This document shows, in pieces, positions 9,831-19,407 of a stretch of 62,718 nucleotides of DNA. The notes below the pieces were generated by a model, which worked only from the letters and a program-made list of their open reading frames with translations, searched no databases and was not told where the DNA came from. Source of the stretch: Novosphingobium sp. (GTDB lineage: Bacteria > Pseudomonadota > Alphaproteobacteria > Sphingomonadales > Sphingomonadaceae); NCBI GenBank assembly GCA_029247785.1, contig JAQWKP010000377.1, positions 1-62,718 of the forward strand, given 5' to 3'. The first letter of the stretch is position 1, and each line of letters begins with the position of its first letter. The position numbers were made by a program, and so were the translations under genes.

Positions 9831-10235
9831 ATGAAATTTGCGATGCATGCGACCAAGCTGGTCGTTCGTGATGTCGAAGCTGCCGAGCGGTTCTATTGTG
9901 CGCTGGGCATGACGGTGGTGAACCGCAACACCGGCGGCGAGAAGGAAGTGCATCAGCAGCAGTCGTGGCTTTCATCCACGGGCGCCGAGGGCGAGCATAT
10001 CCTCATCCTCACGAAATTTCTCGAGCTGCCGGAGCCCAAGGACCCGTCCTATCCCGGCGAAATCTGGCTGTGTTTCATGGTCGAAGATGTCGAGGCGACA
10101 TGCGCGACTGTCGAGGCAGGGGGAGGGCACGTTGTCAGGGCTGGAGAGGATCGACCTGAACATTCGGTTCGCGCTGCGGTGGTCGCCGATAACGAAGGCC
10201 ATTTCATCGAACTTGTCGGGCCGATGAAGGTCTGA
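9831..10235 (+). CDS. VOC / glyoxalase family protein
   Basis: LVVRDVEAAERFY, CFMVEDVEA and D.EGHFIELV patterns. Confidence 0.85.
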   Translation: MKFAMHATKLVVRDVEAAERFYCALGMTVVNRNTGGEKEVHQQQSWLSSTGAEGEHILILTKFLELPEPKDPSYPGEIWLCFMVEDVEATCATVEAGGGHVVRAGEDRPEHSVRAAVVADNEGHFIELVGPMKV

Positions 10236-10266
10236 ACGCCCGAAAATTCAAATGCGGGAGAACGCA

Positions 10267-11193
10267 ATGAGTGGAATGTCAGGCAAGCGGGTGCTCATCA
10301 CCGGGGCAAGCGGGCTTGTCGCGCTTCCGGTCGCGGTTGAGCTAGCCAAGGCCAACGAGGTCTATGCCGTTGCGCGCTATTCGGATCCCGAACAGAAGCG
10401 GCTGATCGAAGAATCGGGGGCCCGTGCAGTGAGCTTCGATCTTGCCGGTCTCGACCTTTCGCCGCTGCCGAAATCGGTTGATGTGGTGATCAATTATGCG
10501 GTGCTGCCGCCGAGTTTCAAGGATGCCTATGAGGTAAATGCCGGGGCGACCGGGCGTCTCGCCAGTCGATATCGTGATTGCGAAGCGTTCGTTCATGGCA
10601 GCACCGGCTCGCTCTATGAGTTTCAGGGCGAGCGACCTTTGCGTGAGGATGATCCCTATGGGCTCCACAGCTCGGCCGAAAACTATGCTGCGAGCAAGAT
10701 TGCGGCGGAATTCTTGATCAAGCAGCTGTGCATTGAATTCGACATGCCGACAGTGATAGTGCGGATTTTCTCATTCTATGGCCCGCGTGGTGGCGGACCG
10801 ACCCAGCGGGTCGACCAGATCGCCCAGGACCTTCCCGTCAGTGTCTATCCCGGCACCAGCAACACACACACGCCGATGTATGAGGATGACTACGTCGAAA
10901 AGACCATCGCGGCGGCGGGGATTGCAAAAGTCCCTGCCGAGATCGTCAACCTGGGTGGAACCGATATAGCGACGACCCAGCAATATTGCGCAATTGCCGG
11001 TGAGATCCTCGGCAAGACGCCGGAATTTGTTGAAAACAGCAAGGCCTGGCCGATCTGGGGCGACACGACGAAGATGGTCGAACTGCTCGGGCCCTGCAAG
11101 GTGTCAGTACGCGAGGGCATCAGGCGGGTGATCGAATCTGGTCTTGAAGCCCGGGTCGGCGCGCATCATGTGATCGGGCAGCCGAAAAAGTAG
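10267..11193 (+). CDS. NAD-dependent epimerase/dehydratase (extended SDR)
   Basis: LITGASG, YAASK, RIFSFYGP. Confidence 0.9.
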   Translation: MSGMSGKRVLITGASGLVALPVAVELAKANEVYAVARYSDPEQKRLIEESGARAVSFDLAGLDLSPLPKSVDVVINYAVLPPSFKDAYEVNAGATGRLASRYRDCEAFVHGSTGSLYEFQGERPLREDDPYGLHSSAENYAASKIAAEFLIKQLCIEFDMPTVIVRIFSFYGPRGGGPTQRVDQIAQDLPVSVYPGTSNTHTPMYEDDYVEKTIAAAGIAKVPAEIVNLGGTDIATTQQYCAIAGEILGKTPEFVENSKAWPIWGDTTKMVELLGPCKVSVREGIRRVIESGLEARVGAHHVIGQPKK

Positions 11194-11209
11194 CGCTGGT
11201 GGGCGGGGC

Positions 11210-11893
11210 CTAGCTGCAGGCGGAAGTTCCACCGGAACCGGTCACGCCCGGAGTGAGATTGCGGTCGTCTCTGACCAGGAAGGCGGCTTCCTTCTTGAAG
11301 TTGACATTGCCGACGAAGATATCGCCGAACAACGGTTGGTACTGAAAGAAGATCTCGGCATACATCACCGACGCACCAGCGGGCGCGGTGATCAGGCTGC
11401 CGGGCCGACCAAGTCCAAGAATTTCCTCGCCACTCAGGCCGTTATTGGAGCCGTCATCACCATAAGAGGAGTCCTTGTCAAAATCGCCGGCACAGCGTTG
11501 CCAATGGATATACTGACGACCGGAGTCTTCGTCGCGCTCAAGGCTGGTCAGGATAACCCGGCCATTCTCGCTCAGACGGATATCTGACCCCTGCCGCAAG
11601 GTGCCGCCCATGATCGAATCGATGTCCGTTTCGGTAACGGTTGGTGTGATGCTGCTGTTGTCAGTCTGGCCGAGCCGCGATGAATTGTCCGCCAGCGAGG
11701 TGGCGATCTGGCTCACTTGCATGTTTACCGACGCCATATAAGCGATTTCCGTGCCGTACATGCCCATGGTGATGAGCACGGGTAGCGCGATCGCCATTTC
11801 GATCGCGGCATTGCCGGCGCTGTCCGGCCTGAGGCGCTTGATGAGACGCCTGCCGACGCGGGCAAGGCTATTTTTGGGGCGGGAAAGTTTCAT
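11210..11893 (-). CDS. TadE/TadG-like pseudopilin
   Basis: G-N-A-A-I-E-M prepilin cleavage motif plus hydrophobic helix; ATGA overlap with the upstream gene. Confidence 0.85.
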   Translation of the reverse strand: MKLSRPKNSLARVGRRLIKRLRPDSAGNAAIEMAIALPVLITMGMYGTEIAYMASVNMQVSQIATSLADNSSRLGQTDNSSITPTVTETDIDSIMGGTLRQGSDIRLSENGRVILTSLERDEDSGRQYIHWQRCAGDFDKDSSYGDDGSNNGLSGEEILGLGRPGSLITAPAGASVMYAEIFFQYQPLFGDIFVGNVNFKKEAAFLVRDDRNLTPGVTGSGGTSACS

Positions 11894-12495
11894 GGGTCGC
11901 TGCATGTCCCTGCGTCGGAGCCGTAGTCATCCTGGTCTGCAAATGGCTGGTTCTTGGCGATAGCCGAGGCAGTCAGAGTGCGTTTGCCGTAACGGTTGGT
12001 CGTGCCGGGGATGCCGAAGACCGGCACATATTCCACCGTGACCGAGTAGACGACGACGTCACCGGCACCCCCATTTCCGTTTGTGCCGATATCGCTGTCC
12101 CACTCGCCATTGCCGTTTTCGTCGCTGAAGTTCTCATCATTGTCGCAAGTGTCGTTATCATTGGAATCGTTCCACTGCTCGGGACGCCCGATGTCGGCAA
12201 AATCGAAATAGCTGGAGCGTTCGGAGGCGAATGTAGCATTCGGAAGAACTGGCGAGACGGAGGCAATTACCCTTGCGTCGGCCGCAGATGTGTTGGCTGT
12301 TTCAAGCGAAGCGCTTCTGGCGGCTTCCTGGACCGCGCCATGCAGCACCGACTTGGCATAAGCCATCTGGCCAATGTCGAAAGTGCCCATCAGCATCCCC
12401 AGCAGGACGGGTGCAATCATGGCGAATTCGACCGCCGCCGTGCCGTCGTCATCCGAGCCGAGCAGCTTAGGGCTGAGTTTTTCTCGCAGCGTCAC
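11890..12495 (-). CDS. TadE-like pseudopilin
   Basis: GTAAVEFAMIAP motif, EAAR and C-terminal NQPF; D/N-rich DxNxNG repeats. Confidence 0.88.
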   Translation of the reverse strand: MTLREKLSPKLLGSDDDGTAAVEFAMIAPVLLGMLMGTFDIGQMAYAKSVLHGAVQEAARSASLETANTSAADARVIASVSPVLPNATFASERSSYFDFADIGRPEQWNDSNDNDTCDNDENFSDENGNGEWDSDIGTNGNGGAGDVVVYSVTVEYVPVFGIPGTTNRYGKRTLTASAIAKNQPFADQDDYGSDAGTCSDP

Positions 12496-14438
12496 TGGAT
12501 TATCCTCAATTCGCCGACCTGCTTGGCGATTTCCTGGAACGCCGCATTTAGTTCGTCGGAGGAATTAGCGGTGTAGGAACTGCTGTCCGAGGCGCAGGTC
12601 GTGAGATCGGTTGAAAGACCCGAGGTGAATGCGATCGACCAGATGCGGATGCCCTTCGCCTTGGCTGCCGCGCAGATCGCGAGGAAGCGCGAAGTATGGC
12701 GGTCAGTGTGCTCGCCGCGATCCGAGCCGCCGTCAGTGGTGACTCGACGGTCATGATATTCGATGCCGTAGGTCGACTGGAGATAACGATAGGGCTGCAT
12801 GACGCCATCGGTCATGAAGATGATGTGCCGCGATACCTCGCCGCCATTTGCCGGCGTTTCATTGACGTTGGCGGCGAAGATGCCGTCGGGCGTACTGAGT
12901 CGCGCGCCCCACAGCATGCCGAAATCGAGGTAAGTGTTGCCCGATGCAACCATTGAGTCGGCATAGGTGTCGAATTCAGTTTCGGTCATTTCATCGAGAT
13001 TCTGGGACTCGTGAGGACAACGCGAGCTCGCGCTTCTGCCGTAATCGCTGGTCGTGGAATTAGTGTAGTTGCCCCCGGAAGTCTGCCTCAGATAGGCGAC
13101 GTCCGGCCACATCGGTGCCCATTTGGTCGCGTCCTTGCCGGTGTCCGGCGCTGAATCGATGTCGAGATCAAGCGCGGCAGAAGGGGTAATGCCTGACACA
13201 GTCGAATAGCGGAAATTGGGTGCCGCACTAGTCGAGCGTTCCTCGATACAACCGTCCCAGGTCGAACTCTCGGCGCTGCCTTCAAAGCCGGTGTTGGTCG
13301 AGGCTGCAGCAAAGGTCTTGAAGACGCTCGTATCGTAGGTGACCTGCTTGTAGATCCACTTGTCGAATTCCAGCGATGTTGTCTCGATATAGACGGGATC
13401 CCTGACCTCGTCCTGGTGAGAGATGAAGTCACGCGTTACGTCACGAGCTTGTCGCCGCCACTTGCCTTTTTTCTTCTTGCATCGGTAGTCAGTCATCTCC
13501 TGCTCTTGCGTCGTGGTGGTCCTCGTCACCTGTTGATCGCTGCCATTGATGAAGGTCGACGTTGTAATGGTCGGTGAGCCCGTATCTGCCCAAGCCGTGT
13601 CCGATGGAAGCCCGTTTTTGCAGGCGTTTTTCGAATTATATTTCGTAGACGAAATATTGCTCCAGCTGTCGTAGTCGTAGTTGTCATATTCTGTACTAGT
13701 CGAAGAGGTTGGATCGTCCCAATGATCGAACTCCTGGTTTACGACCGTCTCAAAGACGGCCTCTTTCGACTGGATCGGCCATGCATCAACCAGATAGTCC
13801 GGGTTGACGTCGTAAATCAGCTGTCCGACATTTACTGCGGAGCTATAGGGCACGAAGCCATAGCGAATGCGTGCATTGGTTCCGGTAGTCGCGGTCTGCA
13901 GCGTGTCGTAGAAATCCTTCATCGCCGCGCGCAGCGCCTGGATACGGGTCTGGGATGTTCCGGAAAGGGTACTGCCCATCGAGCCGGTGTTATCGAGCAC
14001 CATCACGACGTCGCTATTGCCGACGCCCATGGACGCAGAGCAGCCGACCGCCAGGTCGAATCCATCGACGCCGAAGACCTTCATTATCGTTGAAGCGACC
14101 TTGGTAGTGGCGACGCCGTCGACCGAGGCACCATTGTCAGCCGAGCTCGGCGTGAAAACCGTGTCGGTTGCCTGTTCGCTGCTGTTGTTGAAATTGGTTG
14201 CGAAATAGGCGTCTGCCTGGGATTCTGCGTTACTATCAAAGCCGTTTGTGGAGACATTCTTGCGCCCGGCCAGCACGGCCGCATCGCAGGCAGACTGCAA
14301 TCGGTTTTCCGCCTTGTAGGCGCGGCTCATATCGATACCGCCACCGACGATCGCGACAGACACCATCAGGCCGGCCGCAGCAATCGGCAGCACATTACCT
14401 TTCGTGTCGCAAAAGAGGTTCCCAAAGACTTTGGTCAC
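12492..14438 (-). CDS. TadG-like pilus-tip protein with vWA domain
   Basis: GNVLPI...LQSACDAAVLAG Tad domain; MIDAS DNTGSM and IIFMTDG. Confidence 0.88.
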   Translation of the reverse strand: MTKVFGNLFCDTKGNVLPIAAAGLMVSVAIVGGGIDMSRAYKAENRLQSACDAAVLAGRKNVSTNGFDSNAESQADAYFATNFNNSSEQATDTVFTPSSADNGASVDGVATTKVASTIMKVFGVDGFDLAVGCSASMGVGNSDVVMVLDNTGSMGSTLSGTSQTRIQALRAAMKDFYDTLQTATTGTNARIRYGFVPYSSAVNVGQLIYDVNPDYLVDAWPIQSKEAVFETVVNQEFDHWDDPTSSTSTEYDNYDYDSWSNISSTKYNSKNACKNGLPSDTAWADTGSPTITTSTFINGSDQQVTRTTTTQEQEMTDYRCKKKKGKWRRQARDVTRDFISHQDEVRDPVYIETTSLEFDKWIYKQVTYDTSVFKTFAAASTNTGFEGSAESSTWDGCIEERSTSAAPNFRYSTVSGITPSAALDLDIDSAPDTGKDATKWAPMWPDVAYLRQTSGGNYTNSTTSDYGRSASSRCPHESQNLDEMTETEFDTYADSMVASGNTYLDFGMLWGARLSTPDGIFAANVNETPANGGEVSRHIIFMTDGVMQPYRYLQSTYGIEYHDRRVTTDGGSDRGEHTDRHTSRFLAICAAAKAKGIRIWSIAFTSGLSTDLTTCASDSSSYTANSSDELNAAFQEIAKQVGELRIIQ

Positions 14439-14693
14439 ACAGCGGCTCCCGAATTGAACGCCAACACGGATCGCGTGATGGATGCTTCGATATAGGCCGG
14501 TGGTGCTTGAGGAAAAATTTCGAGGCAGGGTTAAAAACTAGGAAACAAATAGCGGGTTAGGGTGCTTAAGGAGCTATACACTATGTTCCTTATTCGACCT
14601 TTCAGGCTTGGGCTCTAGAGGTCGTCAAGGCTCTAGGAAGGTCTTTGGCAATGATAAAAAATACTTTGCCATCAAATTATTGAGCGTTTGAAT

Positions 14694-15260
14694 ATGCCCA
14701 TTATATACTTCAAACTGATCATGGCCGCTCTCGTGCTCGCTCTGTGCCTTATAGTTTTCATGGGCTTGCGTGTCAGGATTGGCTTGCCAGCGTTGCGTCT
14801 TCCATCGTTCAGCATGCGGATTACAATTCCTAAGCTTGCTCGTCCGAACAAAGAGGCAGCTTCCGAGGCCAGCAGCGAACTGTCGCATCGTGCACGTCAG
14901 CTGGCGGCCTTACGTAGGGAAGCCGCAGTTTCCCTGGATGGCCCTGGTGGGCCGGAGAACCCGGTGGAAGAGACGATGAGGAGCCTCGAGCAGGCCTTTG
15001 AATCCTTTGAATCCGGCAGGATCAGCGCTGATACCTATCGTTCGCTGCTGCTTGCTGAGAAGCGCGCAGCGGTCAGGCGCCGGGCAGGGCTGGAAGCCTC
15101 CGATGAAACGGAAATCGGCCGGAGCGAACTGCCACAAGCTAGCGCTGCCGTTGACGCGGTCGAATGGTGCCTGAACTGGATCGACGAGTTTGAACAGCTC
15201 AGCGTCTCGGCCAAGAGTCTGTTCAACCCGCCGGAACTGACCCCTATGGCGTATTCGTAA
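14694..15260 (+). CDS. Hypothetical membrane-anchored protein
   Basis: N-terminal hydrophobic helix followed by a charged helical region; 3' end overlaps the convergent thiolase-like gene. Confidence 0.6.
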   Translation: MPIIYFKLIMAALVLALCLIVFMGLRVRIGLPALRLPSFSMRITIPKLARPNKEAASEASSELSHRARQLAALRREAAVSLDGPGGPENPVEETMRSLEQAFESFESGRISADTYRSLLLAEKRAAVRRRAGLEASDETEIGRSELPQASAAVDAVEWCLNWIDEFEQLSVSAKSLFNPPELTPMAYS

Positions 15261-16443
15261 GCACCGCCGCGCCGCCGAAATAGGGTGCGGAATATGAAAA
15301 CACCGCGTTGCTGACATTGCGCTGCCGTTGTCCCGCGCGTCCGGAGAGCTGCAGATAACATTCGAGCAATTGCGGCAATCCGTGGAGCCGGCCATTTCCG
15401 ATTGCACCGCCCCCTGACAGCGCCGCGATCGAATTTGGCCTGCTGGCATCGATTCCGCCGTCGAGGATGAAACGATGCGCTTCGCCGAGCGGGGTAAAGC
15501 CGAGGGCCTCAAGCCAGATATAAACGAAGGGCGAGAAGGCATCATAGGGTTGGACGAGGTTGATCTCTTCGCGAGAAATGCCTGCAGCTTCCCACAAGCG
15601 GGCCGATAGTGCCTGTCCTGCCTCCTCCATATCGTCGAGCGTCCAGTGGAGCGGCAGGCGATGACGCTGCGGATAGCCATTGGCATAGCCTGACATATAG
15701 ACGGGCTTATTCGGCAGGTCCTTAGCCCGCTCTGCGCTGGTCAGGATGAAAACGCCGACGCCCTGGACCGGGATGTCGCAATCGAGCCGGCACATCGGAT
15801 CGACGATAACCGGTTCAGCGAGGTAATTCTCTGTAGTGATTGGCTTGCCGTGCCAGTAGGACCACGGGAGTTTGGCTCCGTTGTTCCTTGCCTCCGTGAC
15901 GACGTGGGCCATGGCCTCGCGCGTGGCGCCGTAGCGCTGGCAATATTCGGTGTAGACCATGGCAATTGCCGGTAGCCCGCCAAAAAAGCCCTGCGGCGCA
16001 CACCATTGCATCATGCCGGCAGCCTCAGTCATCGGGTTGTCGTTATATTTGCCTGCCGGAGGATTGTGCAGTGCTCGGTGCAGCAATACATAGTCCGCTG
16101 CCCCGCTTGCCACTGCGTTGACTGCCAGCGTCAGCGATCCGGTGAGTTGGCCATGTCCCTGGAACCCCACCGCATAGGCCGGTTCGATCCCGAGATGTTC
16201 TGCCAGCCACGCCGGAGAAACGGTGCTGATGCCGTCCTGTGCTTCGTGACCGCCCGAGGTCGGCATTAGAGCCGAGGCGGCAAAGCCGTCGATCTGCTGC
16301 GGTTTGAGCCCGGCATCGGCGATCGCCTCGCGCGCGGTTCGGATCGTCGTGACACCCAGCGGTTCGGTGGGGCGGCGAACGACCTGGCTTTGGGCATAGC
16401 CGACAATCGCAACCTTGTTGCGCGCTTCAAAAGTTCCGCTCAT
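15244..16443 (-). CDS. Thiolase-superfamily protein (SCP2-thiolase / Ltp2-like)
   Basis: VAIVGY, AIADAGL..IDG, LDCD, YDAF, GG..GNGRLHG; coupled to a DUF35 gene. Confidence 0.88.
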   Translation of the reverse strand: MSGTFEARNKVAIVGYAQSQVVRRPTEPLGVTTIRTAREAIADAGLKPQQIDGFAASALMPTSGGHEAQDGISTVSPAWLAEHLGIEPAYAVGFQGHGQLTGSLTLAVNAVASGAADYVLLHRALHNPPAGKYNDNPMTEAAGMMQWCAPQGFFGGLPAIAMVYTEYCQRYGATREAMAHVVTEARNNGAKLPWSYWHGKPITTENYLAEPVIVDPMCRLDCDIPVQGVGVFILTSAERAKDLPNKPVYMSGYANGYPQRHRLPLHWTLDDMEEAGQALSARLWEAAGISREEINLVQPYDAFSPFVYIWLEALGFTPLGEAHRFILDGGIDASRPNSIAALSGGGAIGNGRLHGLPQLLECYLQLSGRAGQRQRNVSNAVFSYSAPYFGGAAVLTNTP

Positions 16444-16856
16444 GACTTGCCTGCCATCACGAAGGCCGGCACTGCAACGCCGGGCGCGAGATCGTCAAAT
16501 GTCAGAGTGACTGCATCGCCAAGCGTGAGAGGGGTGTCGGCGCCATCAATCAGTCGTCCGATCAGCCGCACATCGGGGTGATCATCTAGCTCGACATCGA
16601 CCAGCAGGAACGGGAGTTCAAAGCCTGAGAGGAAGGACTGGCGAATGACCGTCCAGCTCCTGACCCTGCCATGGCCGGAGACCTGCTTCCAGACAAAGTC
16701 TGGTTCGATGCTGTGGCAATTGGGGCAGGTTACGTCTGGGGGGTGGGTGACCTTTGCGCATTGCGAGCAGTGCGCTAGTTTCAGTTCATGCCGCGAACAG
16801 GCATCCCAATAGGGTGCCGACATTTCGTCGGGGACGGGCAGGATATGTCCGGTCAT
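16440..16856 (-). CDS. DUF35 Zn-ribbon/OB-fold acyl-CoA-binding protein
   Basis: PYW...CSQC...PP..CPNC...SG.G.V.SWTV. Confidence 0.9.
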   Translation of the reverse strand: MTGHILPVPDEMSAPYWDACSRHELKLAHCSQCAKVTHPPDVTCPNCHSIEPDFVWKQVSGHGRVRSWTVIRQSFLSGFELPFLLVDVELDDHPDVRLIGRLIDGADTPLTLGDAVTLTFDDLAPGVAVPAFVMAGKS

Positions 16857-16910
16857 GCAGAAGCCTTGCAAGGCGCGAGACCGGAAGGAACGTCCGTCCG
16901 GCCCTTGCGC

Positions 16911-18110
16911 TCAGTCGAAATGGAACAACCTGCCAGCAATTCCGCCGACGATTTCGCGCATGTCTGCATCGGGAATGCCTTTGAACTCCTGGGCAATGTA
17001 GTCCCGAGAGTGGGGATAGGTGGTTTCCGAATGCGGGAAATCTGACGACCACATGATGTTCTTGCCACCGGGCATGTTGCGCATTTCGATACCGATCCGA
17101 TCGCGCAGGAATGAGCCCCAGATGTTCTGGTCCATGTAAAAACTGGGCGGGTGCTGGCATTCGTTGCCGACCCAATAGCGGTGCTTGCCCCAGCTATGGT
17201 CCATGTATTGCGCGGCAAAGGCCATCCAGCCAACGCCGCTTTCTATCATCGCCCAGCGCAGCTTCGGGAAGCGATCGAATAGCCCTCCATAGATCGCGAC
17301 ACAGACCGGCTCGGCCATGGCTAGCTTAGACATGAGATGGTCAGGCAGGAAGTGATCATTCTCGCCAAACCGGGTGATCCGTCCGCCAAGATGCATGGTA
17401 ATGGTGATATCGAGTTCGCAGACCTCGGCCCAGAACGGTTCGAATTCCTTGTGCCAGTAAGACCGGTTGCCGCTTGGATCGCCGGTCAGCGCTGCGACTT
17501 GCGAATCGCTCATGTTCTTGATCCCGGCAGAGGTCTTGATGCCATCTGCCGCCTGCGGGTAGGCAGGTATGTTGATCGTGCGGAAGCCGAGCCTTGAAAC
17601 TTCTCGCAATATTCCGATCGATTCCTCGACATTACGCATCGGCACATAGGCGACTCCCCTGAACCGGTCGGGAGCTTCCGCGCAGAAGTCGGAGAGCCAG
17701 CGATTATAAGCGCGGTAGCTTTCGATCAGAAGTTCGCTGTTCGCGGTGGGCAGCGGGCCGCCACCGAAGAGAACCGCAGCGTCGATCTGGTCGTCGTCCA
17801 TGTCCTTGAGGCGCTTTTGCGCTGACATCGCACTGCGCAGGTCGGCCAGCTTGCCCTTTTGCTTGAAATTGATCTCTTCCTTGCCGGCGAGGAAGGAGAG
17901 GAGGTTGAGCGGACGCTTCTTGCCTTCGAAAACGACCCAGTCATGCTCGTCGCCTTCCTCGATGGTCGGAGCGAGTTCGCGCAGGTGCTCGGGCAGATAA
18001 TCCTTCCAAAAGGTGTGCGGCGGATCGACATGCTGATCGGCATCGACGATCTTGTAGCGGCTCTTCGAATCGTCTTTCGTTTGGGTTCTTTCAAGCTCTG
18101 ACACGCTCAT
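16911..18110 (-). CDS. Amidohydrolase_2 family protein (hydratase/decarboxylase-like)
   Basis: DADQH, AYNRW, ESGVGW, MWSSDFPHSE. Confidence 0.9.
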   Translation of the reverse strand: MSVSELERTQTKDDSKSRYKIVDADQHVDPPHTFWKDYLPEHLRELAPTIEEGDEHDWVVFEGKKRPLNLLSFLAGKEEINFKQKGKLADLRSAMSAQKRLKDMDDDQIDAAVLFGGGPLPTANSELLIESYRAYNRWLSDFCAEAPDRFRGVAYVPMRNVEESIGILREVSRLGFRTINIPAYPQAADGIKTSAGIKNMSDSQVAALTGDPSGNRSYWHKEFEPFWAEVCELDITITMHLGGRITRFGENDHFLPDHLMSKLAMAEPVCVAIYGGLFDRFPKLRWAMIESGVGWMAFAAQYMDHSWGKHRYWVGNECQHPPSFYMDQNIWGSFLRDRIGIEMRNMPGGKNIMWSSDFPHSETTYPHSRDYIAQEFKGIPDADMREIVGGIAGRLFHFD

Positions 18111-18165
18111 CTCAGCTCTCCTGTGTTTCTCGCTTCAGCCTCGTGGGCCTAGCTGCTGGCGGCAA

Positions 18166-19407
18166 TCATGAACCAATCTGTGGCGTATTGCGAGTGGGAA
18201 CGCGTTCGTCTGTCCGCATGGGAATGGTCCCGACGAGAATAGCAGCGACCAGTGCCATCGGGATCATCGCCAGGAAATAGAGGTCATAGGAGCCCGAATG
18301 GTCGAAGATCGCACCCGACAGGATTGGGCCGACGCTGGAGCTGATCGAGAGAATTGCCACCATCAGCGAGTAGATGGTGGCGAAGACTCCCGGATCGAAG
18401 CCCTTGGCAATCAGGTAGGCAATGATGTCGCCATCGGCTCCGGACACGAACCCCAGGATGACTACAGCGGCAATGGCGGTTGCCAGGGAACCATCGAAGC
18501 TCAACAACAGCGCGCTGATCACCAACGGCAGTAGGAAGATGCCGATTGCAAGTGGTCGGGTTGGCAGCAAATCAAGCAGCAAGCCGGTGCTCAGCCGTCC
18601 GACGATGGCGAATATGCCGGTAAGGCCGGCGATGCCTGCGGCGCTTGTGAGAGAGAGGCCCGCGCCCTGGAAGATTGGCACAAGGTGGAGCAGCAGGCCC
18701 AGAGTCAGCGCCGAGAAGATCGCGCCAGCCAGCGCCAGGGAAATGAAGCTACGGGACAGATAGACATGTCTGAGTTCGCCTAGGGGAACGGTCTTGCGGG
18801 CCTGCACAGCCTGTTTCTCGCCATTGTCGGTATCGACGAAGAACAGCCAGGCGAGGGGCAGCATCAGCAGGCCCCAGCTCAATGCCATTGCGGGGTAAGA
18901 CATGCGCCACCCTATTTCCGCTATGTAATAGGCCGCGACCACCGGCCAGATGGTTGTCGCTACGCCTGATCCGGCCAGCACCGTCGCCAGAGCTAGCCCT
19001 CGCGAGGCCTTGAAGCGGGTGACCACGGCTTTTACCCAGACCGCACCGCCGATCATCGAAGCGAGCAGGGCCTGGACGAAAGCAATCCCCCACCATTGCC
19101 AGATCGAGCCATCGGCTAGGCCAAACAGTGACAGGCCGACCATAAATGGCACAATGCCGATCAGCGCCATCTTTCTCGGTCCAATCCGGTCTATGAGCCG
19201 ACCGATAAAGGGTGCCATGATCAGCGCGACCAGCGAATGGATTGTGAAAGCAGCCGAAAACTGCGCACGCGACCAGCCGAATTCGCTGGTCAGTTCCTGC
19301 ATGAACACGCCGCTCGAATAGGCGAAGCTGGCGCCGCCAACATAGCCAAGCATCGAAACCAGTGGGAGCGGCCACATGGCCGACCATTCAGCGCGCGCAG
19401 TGGTCAC
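18166..19407 (-). CDS. MFS transporter
   Basis: About 12 hydrophobic helices; GRLIDRIGPR MFS motif A. Confidence 0.9.
   Translation of the reverse strand: MTTARAEWSAMWPLPLVSMLGYVGGASFAYSSGVFMQELTSEFGWSRAQFSAAFTIHSLVALIMAPFIGRLIDRIGPRKMALIGIVPFMVGLSLFGLADGSIWQWWGIAFVQALLASMIGGAVWVKAVVTRFKASRGLALATVLAGSGVATTIWPVVAAYYIAEIGWRMSYPAMALSWGLLMLPLAWLFFVDTDNGEKQAVQARKTVPLGELRHVYLSRSFISLALAGAIFSALTLGLLLHLVPIFQGAGLSLTSAAGIAGLTGIFAIVGRLSTGLLLDLLPTRPLAIGIFLLPLVISALLLSFDGSLATAIAAVVILGFVSGADGDIIAYLIAKGFDPGVFATIYSLMVAILSISSSVGPILSGAIFDHSGSYDLYFLAMIPMALVAAILVGTIPMRTDERVPTRNTPQIGS

Noticed and set aside
14525-14570. CtrA boxes upstream of tadG, the PilZ gene and TraB/GumN
   Set aside because: Only half-sites or wrongly spaced pairs; no TTAA-N7-TTAA match, so plausible but unsupported
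16873-16910. Imperfect hairpin between the amidohydrolase and DUF35 genes
   Set aside because: Bulged GC-rich stem with no U tract and no second copy noticed
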